DNA of 64,000 nucleotides from Psammoneis japonica (GCA_008632985.1 QPGO01000145.1:62001-126000), one strand, 5' to 3'. Positions 47,931 to 60,491 are shown, counted from the first letter of the stretch. The notes: generated by a model not told the origin, from the sequence alone. A program made the numbers and translations.

Positions 47931-49737
47931 TGTCTTGACAATTCACACTCCTTTCTTCACAGGCGTGTGTGCTCTGAGAAACTCGCGCTCGTCTGCGTCT
48001 GCCTGCTCTGCCCTCTGTCGGGCACCTCCTACCATGAGGGTGCATGTCTAAGTGTGCCGCACCAGCAGCAACAACCATGCAACAAACCGCCATGATGTTA
48101 ATTGTAAACAAGTTATTTGTTGATTCATTGACCGCCCTGTTGCCATGATCCAAGATGAGACAAAAATTTCACAAGCAAGAAGGATGTGAACTGGGGAAGT
48201 CTGGTCAAAAGTCGAGGGGTGACAAGAAAAGAGAAAAAAGCAGCAAAGGCCGCTGACAGATTGCACTGTGAGGGGCACAGCATGCTCCCCACACTTCTTG
48301 GCACCACTGCTGATAAATCAGTGAAAACCAGCATTTCTGGGCCAGCTGTCCAGCATTTGATTGACAAGCCATCACAGCACAAACGACTTGTTCCAGACTT
48401 AGGTGCACTCACGCGCGAAAAAATGACCCTTTTTGCATGAAACGCGCGGTCCACACTTGCGGTACCATTTTCGATAGTAAAAACATAACAATTTACAAAT
48501 GTGTTGTTATGGGTACATACAGAATTGTCTTGTGCGTGTACCCATGTATTCGAAACTGTTGATGGACTCAGTTATTAGTCGCTAAATTGTACCGTAAGTT
48601 GAGAGCTCGAATTTTCCGATGAGCGATTTATATATGCCTAAATGTAACAAGAAACATATAAAATATTATTCATATATATAAATTAAGTCTTTAACATAGC
48701 ATAATTAATATTTTGTTTTTATACGCGAATATGAGTTACACTCAACGGATCGAATAAAGCATTCGTTGATTAATAAGTTTAGGACGACGTGAGAAGAAGT
48801 GTAGCTCAGCCCACGCAATGGCGTCGACTTCGGACCATTTTTCACGGTTTAAAAGGCATAAACGATTGATACACTTGAATCAGTCGAATATATTGAGGAA
48901 ATATACATGGTAATAGAAAAGAAATGGTCCTTAGAGGCAAATTGTGAGTGAATAGAGGCTCAATTGTTGTTGCTGACAGATTTAGCATTATTGTGCCGCG
49001 CTGCAGCCTTCAACAAGCATTTTCACTATTGTTGTTGATGACACAGACTATATCAAATACGTAGATCGTGGTCATGACATTCAATTTTCCATAAGGCTGA
49101 AAAAAGTGGGCCGTCATGGTCACTGAAAGCCATGGCCGGTTTGGCTGTTTGTTTGTTCGAGTTTATTCTGTTTATTTTACTTATAAGCCATTGATATGAT
49201 CAATTTTATTAAATATGTCCGGTGTTCAATATAAAGCATTAAAAAATTATTTTTTCTGCGAAAAGGGGCATGTGCGCGCCACCTAAGTCTGGAACAAGTC
49301 AAACAGCCACCCACACTGTCTTTCCCAGATGGCGCTGCTGCAGCCAAGAAACGGCATGAGAGAAAATGCACCCAAGCTCTCTTGGAGAGACACCACAGCT
49401 GCTTTTTGAAAGAGCAGGGGATTCAGATTGGGTGCAAAGGGGGGGATCTTGTGGTCAAATCATGCTCTGAGGAAGAAAGAGGTGGCTGCAACTTGTCTCA
49501 AACGTTGAGACAAGCAACGAGTGGGAAGCTGACAAATTTAAAAGGCACCAGGCCAAACGTTGAGCCAGTGGCCCCTGTTCAAGGTCCAGAGCCACCAAAC
49601 TTGGAATGCTTGACACTTCAAGACAGTGGCCATGTAAGATGTTGAGATGCCTTTGCTTTCTTGCCGCATTTGCCAGCATCAGCCGCCGAGCCAGTGGAGA
49701 GAAGTGCGCCAGGCAGCAGCCATCAATTGTCAAAACA
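47931..49737. mobile_element. Dispersed repeat, copy B (homolog of 39890-41193), interrupted by a 916-bp MITE
   Basis: Colinear homology to copy A; termini tgtcttgacaatt / aattgtcaaaaca. Confidence 0.8.
48385..49300. mobile_element. 916-bp non-autonomous DNA transposon with perfect 21-bp TIRs and a 4-bp TSD (AAAC)
   Basis: aaac|gacttgttccagacttaggtg ... cacctaagtctggaacaagtc|aaac. The empty site is seen in copy A (cacaagcagcc). AT-rich non-coding interior. Confidence 0.93.
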
Positions 49738-49739
49738 TC

Positions 49740-50350
49740 AACAAGCTCACACACCTCATGCTGACACCTGCAGTTGTTGCTTCAAGGACAAGGACAAGTG
49801 CAAAAGCCAGCAGAATGACACAAACAACATGGCAGCTGTGCCACCAGCTGGGCTGGCCTTTTCACAAGATTTTGATGATGTGATGGATGGGCCTCAACAC
49901 AACAGAAGAAATTTCTTTAAGGTTGCTTTGTTGGCCAAGGCTGTGTCACATTAAAGAAACTTGTTTGTTTGTGACAAATGCTTTGCTGCTGCTGGCACTG
50001 CACTCCAAAGACCTTGTCACAGCTTTTGCAGCAGAAGAAGGGGTGTGCAGGAGGCTTTGCTGGGAGATGGCAGCACTTGTCCACAACAAGACCAGTTGAG
50101 TTCAAAAGGTGTGCTGCATGGAAGTTTGCTTTCTGGGAAGAGTGCAGAGCTTTTCTTGATTTCAGGCAGCACAAAAGATGGTTGCTCAGCCCGCCCTTCC
50201 CCCTGCTGAGAGGGGGAGAAGCTGTTGCTTGAATCTCATTTGTGGCCATTGCCAGAGTTAAGAACAAACCATTGTGTTGATGGTGGCTGAAAAAGAGAAA
50301 GACATGTGATGCCAATGACTGTCCCGTGATCATAGAGGAGACAATGGGAG
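49740..50350. mobile_element. Degenerate TpA/CpG-depleted TE-derived block
   Basis: TA survives almost only as ttaa; no intact ORF. Confidence 0.5.
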
Positions 50351-51142
50351 CCAATCAGCTGAGGATCGATGTGGGGTTGCCGGTGCTGGGCGTGTCGACT
50401 GTCGCCTGGAGCAGACTATGAGCCCGGGAACCAGAAACCCGGGCGTGCTCTAAATCGGCACTGGCGATAGGGCCCTCTAGAAAGTAGGTCTACACACACT
50501 ACACTGCTTCTTTTCTCTCTACTCTCTTAATTAAGGGCTGCTTCTACGAGAATTCAGGCGACCTGGGACTGCCTTCACATTGTGGCAACCTTTCTCCTCA
50601 CGGAGATCGTCACTGGCGGAAAGATGTCACGTAGATTTCAGCCGCTTTATTGGCGACCTCCGTAACGAGATCCCTCGAAACTGCTGTGGCGTCACTGACG
50701 AACGATCTGCCGACCATTGCGCCATTACGCCCGGCATCAAGGAGTCGCTCACCGCGACTTTTCTTCATGTGGCGACTGCTGGCAGATTTAGCGTAAGAGT
50801 CAGCTCGCTTTCGACATTTTCTCATTGTATTCGAGGAAGCCATGGTAAAGTATGGTGAATGATAGCAATTGAAGAAACTGTGGTTGTTGCAATGTAACCA
50901 ATGGAACTCAGAACAAGAAATTGAGAAGTAAAAGTGTGAACGCGAGACCGACAGGCACGCACAAAGCGCGCGTCCTCGGTCTGCGTGGTCCGAGAACTCT
51001 TCAAACCAGTTACAGCATTCGCAATAGCATTGTAGATATCTTTTGGCAGAGATGAAGCTCGGAGTCTGATCTTAAATTCTTCATCAACATCACAACGTTG
51101 TAAATGGAAGCAAGTCGGAACAACCACCCGTGAATTCCTTTT

Positions 51143-53425
51143 TCAAAGACTGCGACAAGGGCCACTGCCTCTGCATGAAATGTAACAAACAACAATAAAC
51201 TCTGGACAGTCAAATGTTCCCGTAATTTCGTTTTCATTAAGTATCAAGTGACTTTAGGAGAGCAACACAAAACGATGCGAGAGCAAAACAGTGAGACACA
51301 TCCTCCTAGTGCAGGCGGGATCGGAGTTTTCTTATCCAAAGCGTTCTAACTATATCAAATAGCATTGCGAGATACTCACTTAAAGTGCTCATCGACTCAA
51401 ATATATCTGGTATAGTTCCGACGAGGGAATTCGCATTGACAGCGAACCATGCTGCTCGTAGACCGGAGAACACAACACGTGAGGATCATGATTGCGATCT
51501 TTCTGCGCTAGGCTTGTTTCACTTCAACTTACACATGTTACTCATATCGCCGACCTCTGTCGGAATTGTTCCTTCCAAGCGATTATCATAAAGCCAAAAC
51601 AGATCTGCGTCAAAAGCAATAGAGCGAAAATGGTGGTTGTTGAGAAAAAGATGCGAACAGAGATGACATTCAAATTTACACAGCTTTGAAAGCTTGTGCG
51701 AAGCATGGCCACACAATGGATGCTCACCGACATTGCTTAGGAGGCCAACTTCTGACGGGATAGTGCCTTCAATCTCATTGCCGTAAAACCTCACATCCCC
51801 TTTACCAAAGGATGAAAAATCAACAACACACATGTTGGATCCAAAACAACACAAGAGACGAAATGTCAAAAGCAGCACCGGCAGCAACAAAAACGTACTC
51901 AAATACGAGAGCAAGCCTAGCTCGGGCGGGATGGAGCCACTCATATTAATGGAGGACCGTCCGAATCGGCTCACATGCTCCCCGTCGTGGCACAAGCTTG
52001 GAAAGCCACTGACCCAGTCACACTCGTCCACGTCCGTCAACCAATCGGTCGACCAGGTCCAATCCTCACCATTGGTGCTGTAGTACAATGTAGCAAGCGC
52101 ATAGCGTTGTATTTTTCTCCAGTCCGGATACTGTTGCAAGTTAGCATTCCCTTGCAACCACGACAGCGCACGAGACTGTGGCGATGACCCGTCCTGTAGA
52201 GAGGCACCGTTGTCAAATGAGACTGAAACAATCAAGTCCTCGAGACTTGCAAAAGTTGCGGCGATTGTTGGATTTGGCGTAGGTAGAGGAGGAGGACGAA
52301 AAGTAGGCTGTGCCGTTGGTAATGGTAGTTTGGAAGGCGGCATCATCGTGGGGGGTGGTGTCGGTGGCAGAGTAGTAACAGACGGCGGGGACGCAGGAGA
52401 TGTGGAAGGTAGGTCCGAGGGAGGATTTGGGAATACAGAGGGCATCAAACCGGATGGCTGCAGAGTGGAAGAGGTGGGTCCAGGAGTGGATTGCGTTCCA
52501 CTAGTGGAGGAATCAACGCCACCCGATTCCTTACTGCTACCTGCCACCACCGCTGCTACAATAACTGCAACCACAATGGCAACAACAGTAACGAGACCCC
52601 CTACCAGAAAGCAGCGACGTTTCGTGCTGCTGGCTTCATAGCAGTGCTTGCCTCTATTCGATTCTTGTCGCGATGGAACCGCTTCTTCTTCATCATCCTC
52701 ACGACGTGGAGTTTCGACGTTGTTGCTTGATGTGGCCCCTGCCTGCTGTGACAATGGTGTGCCAAGAACAACCGGTCGTCTTTGCATCTCTTCCTGCCTT
52801 TCTCGGTACTCTCGAAGCTCACGAAGCTCCTCATAAACATCGTTGCCTTGTACGGGTACAGCATAAGCGGTCCCAACCTCAATGGCGCTGCCGATCGTGT
52901 CCTCCTCGTTTTGGTTGCTACCAGGACCAGAAATCGCAACCGCTCCTGGGCGGACACCAGAGCTCGCAGCTTGGTTTCTTGTTGGATTGGTTGTAACCGC
53001 TGGGGGTTCAGCTTCATCATGGACACGTGGCTGGAATTGAAGTTCAGCCTGAGCTGAAATGTCGTCAGTGCCATCATGCACTCTATAGTTCCCCACCTCG
53101 ACGCTTTGCTCCTCATCTGTGTTCCTCCGCATAGCACTACTACTAGGCTTGGATTCCCCTCATCCGTAGAGTGTCGCGATCTACCGGGTCTTCTCGTTTC
53201 CATGCCATGAGAAACTCGGGTATCTGTCTCATTGGTAGTTCTTGGGGTATGTTCGAATTGGTTGTCTCGTTGGTAATGCATTTCCGTCAAATAGGCTCTC
53301 TCCTTCTCGGCATAATTATCTTCCCTAACTCTCTGCTCACTATCGGTTAGCATGTTCATCTCTTGCGGGTACTCCTCTATTTCCCTTGCTTCTTCCTCAT
53401 CTTTTGGCCTTCTACTTCTTTGCAT
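51143..53425 (-). CDS. Type II membrane leucine-rich-repeat protein (diatom LRR family), multi-exon; frameshift near 53157
   Basis: PGAVAI motif, TM helix, Pro-rich stalk, SPQSRALSWL...QRYALATLYYSTNG..W...WL....ECDW cap, and LRR exons GSIPPELGLL, EGTIPSEVG, EGTIPTEVG and VGTIPDIF. Last exon ends CRSL* at 51143. Confidence 0.85.
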
Positions 53426-53999
53426 CTTTCTTCGCTGTAACTGTGAATCGTAGACGAATAATCGATGAGGAACGTACAGATGATTCTTTTGTTGTAAGTC
53501 TTATTACTTGGAGCTATAGTAGCACCGGTTCCGTTGAAAAGTGTTTGCTTGTTGCCGCCACGCACTGGACTTTGGAATAGAGGACGCGGGGGGGCCGCTT
53601 TTTTCCAGGGATAGTGCCACCTTCAGTAGACTATACGAGATATATCACGAACAAAAATGTGACGGGGCCCGCCGCGGGGACGGATGCAGTCGTTTTTTTC
53701 TGAAATCGCTCCGTACCAATTACAGACCTCCCAAGCTGGGAGTGCTATGCTCTATCCAAAGGACGCCCGCCACCGGCATGCAGTTAGTAGTTGCCGCGTG
53801 AACGCGACGTCTGTCGGGAGCGAGACGGGCGATCGATCGAACAAAAATGCCCATGTTACGAAAACTAAAATCGTCGTAAAGCAAAAACCGTTTTTATTGC
53901 GGCAAATCATTTTTGCACAGCACGCGAAACCACGTTCTTTGTCATTCAATGAGGAGAGAGTCAGCCAATCAAAAGTTTCACCTCTCAACTGATCCCTGA

Positions 54000-55740
54000 T
54001 CAGCGCAAAGCATGTGTGGTCACAAAAAAGAGCCCGTTGCCACAACACCTTGGTGGATCCATTGGGTGCAACAACAAAGCACTGCATTGCACTGTGCTCA
54101 CACAGCCAAATTGTCCAGCTTCTCTCTTTCTCCTTTCAAATGGCTCTGTGTCTGTGCCATTTTTTGTCATCCAGAAAGAGCTGCGGTTGTGTGTGTCAAG
54201 AACGAAGTTGCTTGCTTGTCCCCAACCACAAATTGGAGCACAGAGGTGCACCAACGAAGAACAGGGGGGGGGGGGGGCACCGCTTTGTGGTGAGCAAGGT
54301 GGTGCAGTGGTCAAAGTGCAAAGCCCGCAAAGGCAAGCTCCTCATCTTGTCTCTTTCATGCTTTGCTTGGAACTCATTTTTTGGCAGCACCTTTTTCAAA
54401 GCATTTTGATGAGACAAACATTTGTCCATTGTTTTTTGCAAGAGTTCCAGCCATGTGGATTTGGTGGAAAATGCCTCTCACATCCAGCTGGGTGGAAGGT
54501 TGCTGGTTTCCAAGATGATGGGGCACTTTTGGCTGTTTGCTTTGGCACAGACAGCATCGTCCCAGCCCATGACATTTTTTCATTGCAGACACCAGCACCA
54601 CCAGCAACAGAGCATTGCACCTGGTTGTTCCTTCACTGTGCTGCTGGCTTTCCCATGCTGCACTTTGCCTGGTGCCAGGTGCCAGCCCCATGAGCGACTT
54701 GGCCATTGAAGAAAACTTGATGCCCCAAACTCCAGGCACACTGGTCTTTCACACTGCTTAAAATGCCAAACCTCTGGCAAGATGACATGCTTGCTCAACA
54801 TGTTTGGTGAAAAGCTTGCTGCTCAGCCATTTCCCTGGACAGCACTCTGACTGTGTTCCACACTGTTTCTCTTTTGTTGCTGAAAAACTGTTTCCACGAG
54901 GTGCTGCTGAGGCATCATCCCGGTTGCAAGGGAGAGGGTCTTCATGTTCCATCACAGGCATTGCCACCTTTGCCCCCACTCCTCCATTTGATGCTGAACA
55001 AAACTTTGCAGCCAAAGCAGCTGCTCTGCCCTGGCATGTCTGGCACTCACTCTCAAGCTGGCAACACCAGAGCAGGGGGAAAGAAAGCATCAGCCTTGGC
55101 AAACAAGAAGAAGAAAAAACAAGGGGGGAGAGTAAAAGGAGGAGCACACTCTTGTGTCATTTGCTCTCTTTTGCCAATGTCTGTGGTGGCAAAAGGTCAG
55201 TTCTGTGAAGCATTTCAATGGACCACAGATGCCGGCACCTTTTTGACAGCCTCCAAGAGAAAAACAGCATTGGCTGTTTGGTGTGGCTGAGAGATGAGGG
55301 GGGTGTGTGCATGCCACTGTGTGGTGACATCTGCGCAACATCTGCACACTGTCTCACAACTTTTTCCTTCTCTTTCAAACCTTTGTGTCTGCAAATCGAG
55401 CCTCGTTTCATGTTGCTTCTCTGCACATTACAGAGTCTCTCACAGTTTGCAAGAAGTTCGGTGTTCACAATTGCTGAGACAACAACTGCGACCCCACTTG
55501 CAAGTGTGTGCTGGCACAGCACTGAGTGCTGCTTCCCAGAGCTTCCTTGCTAGAAGGGAGAGAAGGGGCATCTCTTGCTGCTTCGCGAACAACAGCTCGC
55601 TGTCGGGTGGATTCCGAGCGGTTCCCGTGTTCGGTCATTGGGGGACATGCGTGCTTGTCGAAAAGGTCATCGCCAGCTGTTCCGGGAATGCCCAAATCAA
55701 AATGACCAAGACAAATCTGCCAGTCATTTCCTCACATAAT
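54000..55740. mobile_element. Degenerate TpA/CpG-depleted TE-derived block
   Basis: Only a handful of TA over 1.7 kb; many overlapping Cys/His-rich, Tyr-poor spurious ORFs. Family not identifiable. Confidence 0.55.
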
Positions 55741-55843
55741 GTGATGCGAACATAACATGCCACAGAAATAAACTGGAAACGCAAGGAAAACACACGAAAC
55801 AATGAAAACAAAGACAGTCACAGTCCTCTTCTGATGTTTAAAT

Positions 55844-56818
55844 ATGTGTAGAAAAGATATCGACATGACGCTTGATCAAAATCGAAGACAACGAGATGGT
55901 CAAAGACGAGCCTTGATCACAGTCGGCAGCTGGCCCATGCTCATTGCTTCCCTGGTCATGTTTGGAGGATCAATTCTCGTCTCGCAACAAGTCACAGTAA
56001 CCACGGTGCAACCGCAATCAATAGAACAGCGAATCACAAGGACAGAGACTGTACAATATCCACCCGTTCTGTATGGCTTTGTTCACATGGCGAAAACAGC
56101 CGGAACAACCGTCAATGGAGTGCTCGCTGCCAGGTATGAACGTGTTTGCGGAAACAAGGGATACTCGTACGATTCCTTTCAAACCAATCTTCGATTCAAC
56201 AACGAAACTTCCATTCGAGATCAAAAAGACAGTATTTCACAAATTCGCGAGGACTACAACCGCGGCCGATTGCCCTTGTCAATCATGAATGAAATTGGCT
56301 ACGAGGATTGCGATTACGTGAGTGCCGAAGAGGATTGGAACGACTTTTGGGTGGAACGGTTTTCCAAGTGGCACTTGCCACTCGAACTCCACGTGCCATG
56401 CCGAGAACCGATAGATCATTTCATGTCACAATGGAATCATCGGCACCGATGGCCCTTTCGTTGTCATCCTCCCAAACATATTGATTTGCTCGGGGAAGTG
56501 GACACGAGTATCAAACGAGTGCGCAATCGATTTTCCATGCAACTACAAAAGCACGACAATATTCACTTAAAATGTTTTGACTTTTCCAACACAACACAAT
56601 ATCTCGAGTACATGGGAGAACGATTGCAGGACAAGCGACTCAAGGGAGATTACGTTTTTCGATCTACCAATTCTCAGAGAAACAAATCAGAAGAGTGTAT
56701 ATGGCAAGATTCTGCGGTCCGAAAAAAAGTCCATGCACATTTACTGGACAAATATGACTATTATAAATTTTGCAGCAAGTGTCTTGGATCAAAAGACGAC
56801 TTGCTAGTTGGCAAGTAG
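55844..56818 (+). CDS. Type II membrane sulfotransferase-like protein
   Basis: N-terminal TM helix; PAPS-binding-like FVHMAKTAGTT; REPIDHFMSQWNH (3'-PB-like). Confidence 0.7.
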   Translation: MCRKDIDMTLDQNRRQRDGQRRALITVGSWPMLIASLVMFGGSILVSQQVTVTTVQPQSIEQRITRTETVQYPPVLYGFVHMAKTAGTTVNGVLAARYERVCGNKGYSYDSFQTNLRFNNETSIRDQKDSISQIREDYNRGRLPLSIMNEIGYEDCDYVSAEEDWNDFWVERFSKWHLPLELHVPCREPIDHFMSQWNHRHRWPFRCHPPKHIDLLGEVDTSIKRVRNRFSMQLQKHDNIHLKCFDFSNTTQYLEYMGERLQDKRLKGDYVFRSTNSQRNKSEECIWQDSAVRKKVHAHLLDKYDYYKFCSKCLGSKDDLLVGK

Positions 56819-56865
56819 CTATCCGAAATATGAAATCTCCTATTCTTGCCGAAATGTGAAATCTC

Positions 56866-58073
56866 CTATTCTTGTTCGGCATTACTCCTCAGCTTCAGCA
56901 AAGCGTCGCGTCCGTAATGCTGGACAGTTCTATTTGCTGGGTGTTTCTTAATGGCGATATCAATAGCGTTCGAGCCTTCAGCTTCTAAGATGGCGCATCT
57001 AAGATCTTGTTGAACGGCAAGAGCATCCAAAGCACGACATGCGGCTGCTTGGATATCTTCGCTTTCCTCGTTGTTTTTCATTGCCGAAACAATTGCGCCA
57101 ATGCCTCCGTATTCTACAATCTTGTTCCGACTGTAGTAGGTGGCAATACGAAAGAGCATGTCACAGCAGTATAGTTGGACGTTGGGGTTTGTCTGGCTGA
57201 AAGTCGTCATTGCGTTGATAATAGCTCGTGTAACTCCAGTAGCGATTACCGCAACGGCGCCAAAGACACGTTCGGGGCTTGTCAACACGTAAAGCGCAAA
57301 ACAGGCAGCTTCGGCAACAGAGTCCTGATGCTTATTTAAAGCAGATACAATGGCGCGAATCCCACCCGTTTTAACAATCCAAACGCAATTGTCAGGCGAC
57401 TGTTGAGCGAGAACCGCCAGTTCCATGCAGATTTCATTTGCCCTGTCCGCACAAGTGCAACACATTAATTCGTCTGCCTTTTCTTGTGAAAGGGTATCGT
57501 CGAAGTCTATTTCTTCTGACGAGTATCCTTCATCTCCGCCTATCTTGTTTTGGCTTTCCATGATTTGGGCTCTACAACAGAGCAACTTATCCTCTTCGGG
57601 TTCAATGATCTGTTGACAACCTACCTTCCAGTTAGTATCGATTTCGTCGTCTTCATTGCTGCTTTTTAAAGACTTTTCTACCACTTTCTGAATTTCTGGG
57701 CGTTCGTCACCCGTAGCTGCATTCTCTATTCTAGCGCAGAGCTTCTCCTCACTGGCTGTTCCAAGTTTGAGCCTCCCAAAATGATTTTGGTCCTTTTCAA
57801 CCTCTTGCTGACGTTTTTCGAAAAAATGACACTCATTTTCATTTTCTAGTTGTTCCAATTCCTTTTGAAGCGTGTCCGTGATTGTCGCATAGTCCAATTC
57901 ACATTGTGGACAGCTCTTCCTACGCCACATGGTTTCTTCTCGTACGCGTGGGAGTGATGATGATGGTCGGGACAAGAGCCGCGTCGTCGAAACAACTCTC
58001 GCGCAGACTCTTGTAATTCTCCAGCTTGTCGCATCTGTTGTTGAAGTAACTCGCGTTGAGCTTGAATATTCAT
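56866..58073 (-). CDS. Armadillo-repeat protein; probable frameshift near 57935
   Basis: ARM-like units GGIRAIVSAL, GGIGAIVSAM..DIQAAACRAL and VQHYGRDAL; upstream ORF from ATG 58073 overlaps in another frame. Confidence 0.75.
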
Positions 58074-58343
58074 GGTAACAACGATGGAGACTACTGTTTA
58101 CATAGCGGTCCTTTCATGGTCAGCAAAGAAATGCGTTTGTCAATAATCTCAAAAACGCGAATCACGACCAACTTCGCGTCACGACTGACGGTCGTTAAAT
58201 ATCTCTCTCAGTCACGCTTTGAGCTCACCCTCGCGATCTTCGCGCACGTTGCCTGCCTGCATCACTCGCATCACAATCGACAACCACACAAGATTTTGTC
58301 AAAGTGTATCTTTTCTCTCTTCTTTCGTACACATAAACCAACC

Positions 58344-60491
58344 ATGGCACACATTCTTTCCGCTGTCGAAGGTACGCACAGCACTGCTTACCGAAGAAAA
58401 CGTGTTCGTTTTGATTCTTGATTGAAAAAAGACGAGCGATCCGTTTGGGAACACATTAAACGGATGTGTGAATACGCACCATCAAGTTTTGTGTCGTTTG
58501 ATTCGCAAAATTGTGAGATTCCGTTCTCTTACACTTTCTACATGCGTTGTACCTGTTCCATGGAATCTCGATGATTTGAATCTTTGCTCACATTTTGCGC
58601 CTTCTCATTTTTTGCTCATTTTTTCTCATCTCTCTCTCTCTCCTCCAATTTCAAATTCAGGAGACACAACGGACATTGTTCCTATTGAGCGAGCTCTCAT
58701 TTCGGTTTCCGACAAGACAGGCATTGTCGAGTTTGCTACCTTTTTGGCTTCTCAAAATGTCGAGTTGTTATCCACGGGAGGAACTGCGAAAAAGCTTCGC
58801 GAGGCTGGTTTGACCGTCAAGGATGTTTCCGAGTATACCGAATCGGTCGAATGCTTGGACGGCCGTGTCAAGACGTTGCATCCCAAGGTTCACGGTGGAT
58901 TGTTGGGAGTCCGTGGCAATCCCCAACACGAAAAGGAAATGAAGGAATTGGGTATTTCCAAAATCGACATGACCATTCTCAATCTCTATCCCTTTGAAGC
59001 AACCGTTGCCAAGGAGGGCAGTACCTTTTCGGATTGTACTGAAAACATTGATATCGGTGGTCCCAGCATGTTGCGTTCGACCGCCAAGAATCATGCCTTT
59101 ACCACCATTGTCACGTCTCCGGATCAGTACGACGAGATTGTCGAGGAAATCAAGAGCAAGGGTGGAACGTCGCTGGCACTGCGCAAACAGTGTGCGGCAC
59201 GAGCGTTTGCGCTTTCGGCTAGTTATGATTCTGCCATTGCCACGTGGTTTTCCCAACAAGATTTGGGTGGCGGTAGTGGTGCTCCTGCCCCCGTGGTGAC
59301 TCGCGTGTACAAGCCCGAGTTTCCGCTAAAATATGGGTGCAATCCGCATCAAAAGCCTGCTCAGATTCTAAGCAAATCCGGTCAGCCTTTGCCTTTACCG
59401 TAATTAACGGTGTACCGGGATACATTAATCTCTTGGACGCCGCCAATGCCTGGCAACTTGTCAAGGAATTGCGTCAAGCCACGGGTTTGGCATCCGCTTC
59501 GTCCTTCAAGCACGTGTCCCCCGCCGGTGCTGCCGTTGCCGTACCCTTGACCGAGGTGGAATGCGCCGCCTACGAAGTCACTGCGGAAGCCGCTGCGGCA
59601 CTCACTCCCACGGCATTGGCCTATCTCCGAGCACGCAACGCAGATCCCATGTGCTCGTTTGGGGACTTTTGTGCCGTCTCGGATGAAGTGGACGAGGATA
59701 CCGCAAAGATTCTCAAGCGTGAAGTGTCGGACGGAATCGTCGCTCCGAGCTACACGCCACAAGCATTGGAATTGCTCAAGACGAAAAAGGGCGGCAAATT
59801 CATCATTTTGCAAGCCACGCCCGACTTTTCACCCGGTGACGTGGAATACCGTGAAGTGTACGGCATGACCTTTTCGCAAAAGCGAAACGACGTGATTATT
59901 GGCAAGGAGCATATGGAAAACGTTGTAACGTCCAAAAAGGACTTGACAGACGCGGCCATTCGCGACATGATTGTTGCCTCCATTTGCATAAAGTACACAC
60001 AATCCAACTCGGTCGGCTTTGCCAAGGACGGCATGATGGTGGGTGTCGGTGCTGGACAACAATCTCGTGTCGATTGTGTCAAGCTGGCTGGACGCAAGGT
60101 GGCGACTTGGTATTTGCGCCAACACCCCAAGGTGTTGGGATTGCAATTTAAGGATGGTGTCAAGCGTCAGGATCGCGTCAATGCGCGTGTCCGATACATT
60201 GAGGGAGACTTTACGGATGAGGAACGTGTCCGATGGGAAGCGCAATTCACAACCGTTCCTGACCCCCTCACGGCCGAGGAAAAGGATGCCTTTCTCAAAG
60301 AATCGACCGGTGTCTGTATTAGCAGTGACGCCTTTTTCCCGTTCAGGGATTCGATTGATCATGCTTCCAAGTTGGGTGTCACCCATGTTGCGCAGCCTGG
60401 TGGAAGTGTTCAAGATACACAAGTTACAGAAGCATGTGATGAGTACGGTATGGCCATGTGCTTCACCGGCGTGCGTCTCTTTCATCATTAG
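58344..60491 (+). CDS. purH: Bifunctional AICAR transformylase / IMP cyclohydrolase; intron 58372-58660; apparent 1-bp deletion at 59394-59396
   Basis: RALISVSDKTG, STGGTA, GRVKTLHP, ENIDIGGPS, LKYGCNPHQ, PGYINLLDA, SFKHVSPAG, KYTQSNSV, GAGQQSR, SDAFFPF, QPGGS and RLFHH. Confidence 0.97.

Noticed and set aside
39890..49737. Copies A and B as the two LTRs of one retrotransposon
   Set aside because: No TSD, PBS/PPT or gag/integrase; the interior holds a LINE and a host-type gene, and the copies are strongly diverged.
50420..50480. Helitron 3' hairpin plus CTAG end
   Set aside because: The cccggg stem is short, the spacing to ctag is atypical, and no matching 5' end or RepHel relic was identified.
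56823..56874. 26-bp tandem duplication between convergent genes with a single TA/TG difference
   Set aside because: Real, but one substitution in gene-proximal, TA-containing DNA is not informative.
59337..59403. Programmed ribosomal frameshift or split purH
   Set aside because: One added T in cctttaccg restores PLPFTVING; similar homopolymer deletions occur in several genes, so assembly error is simpler.
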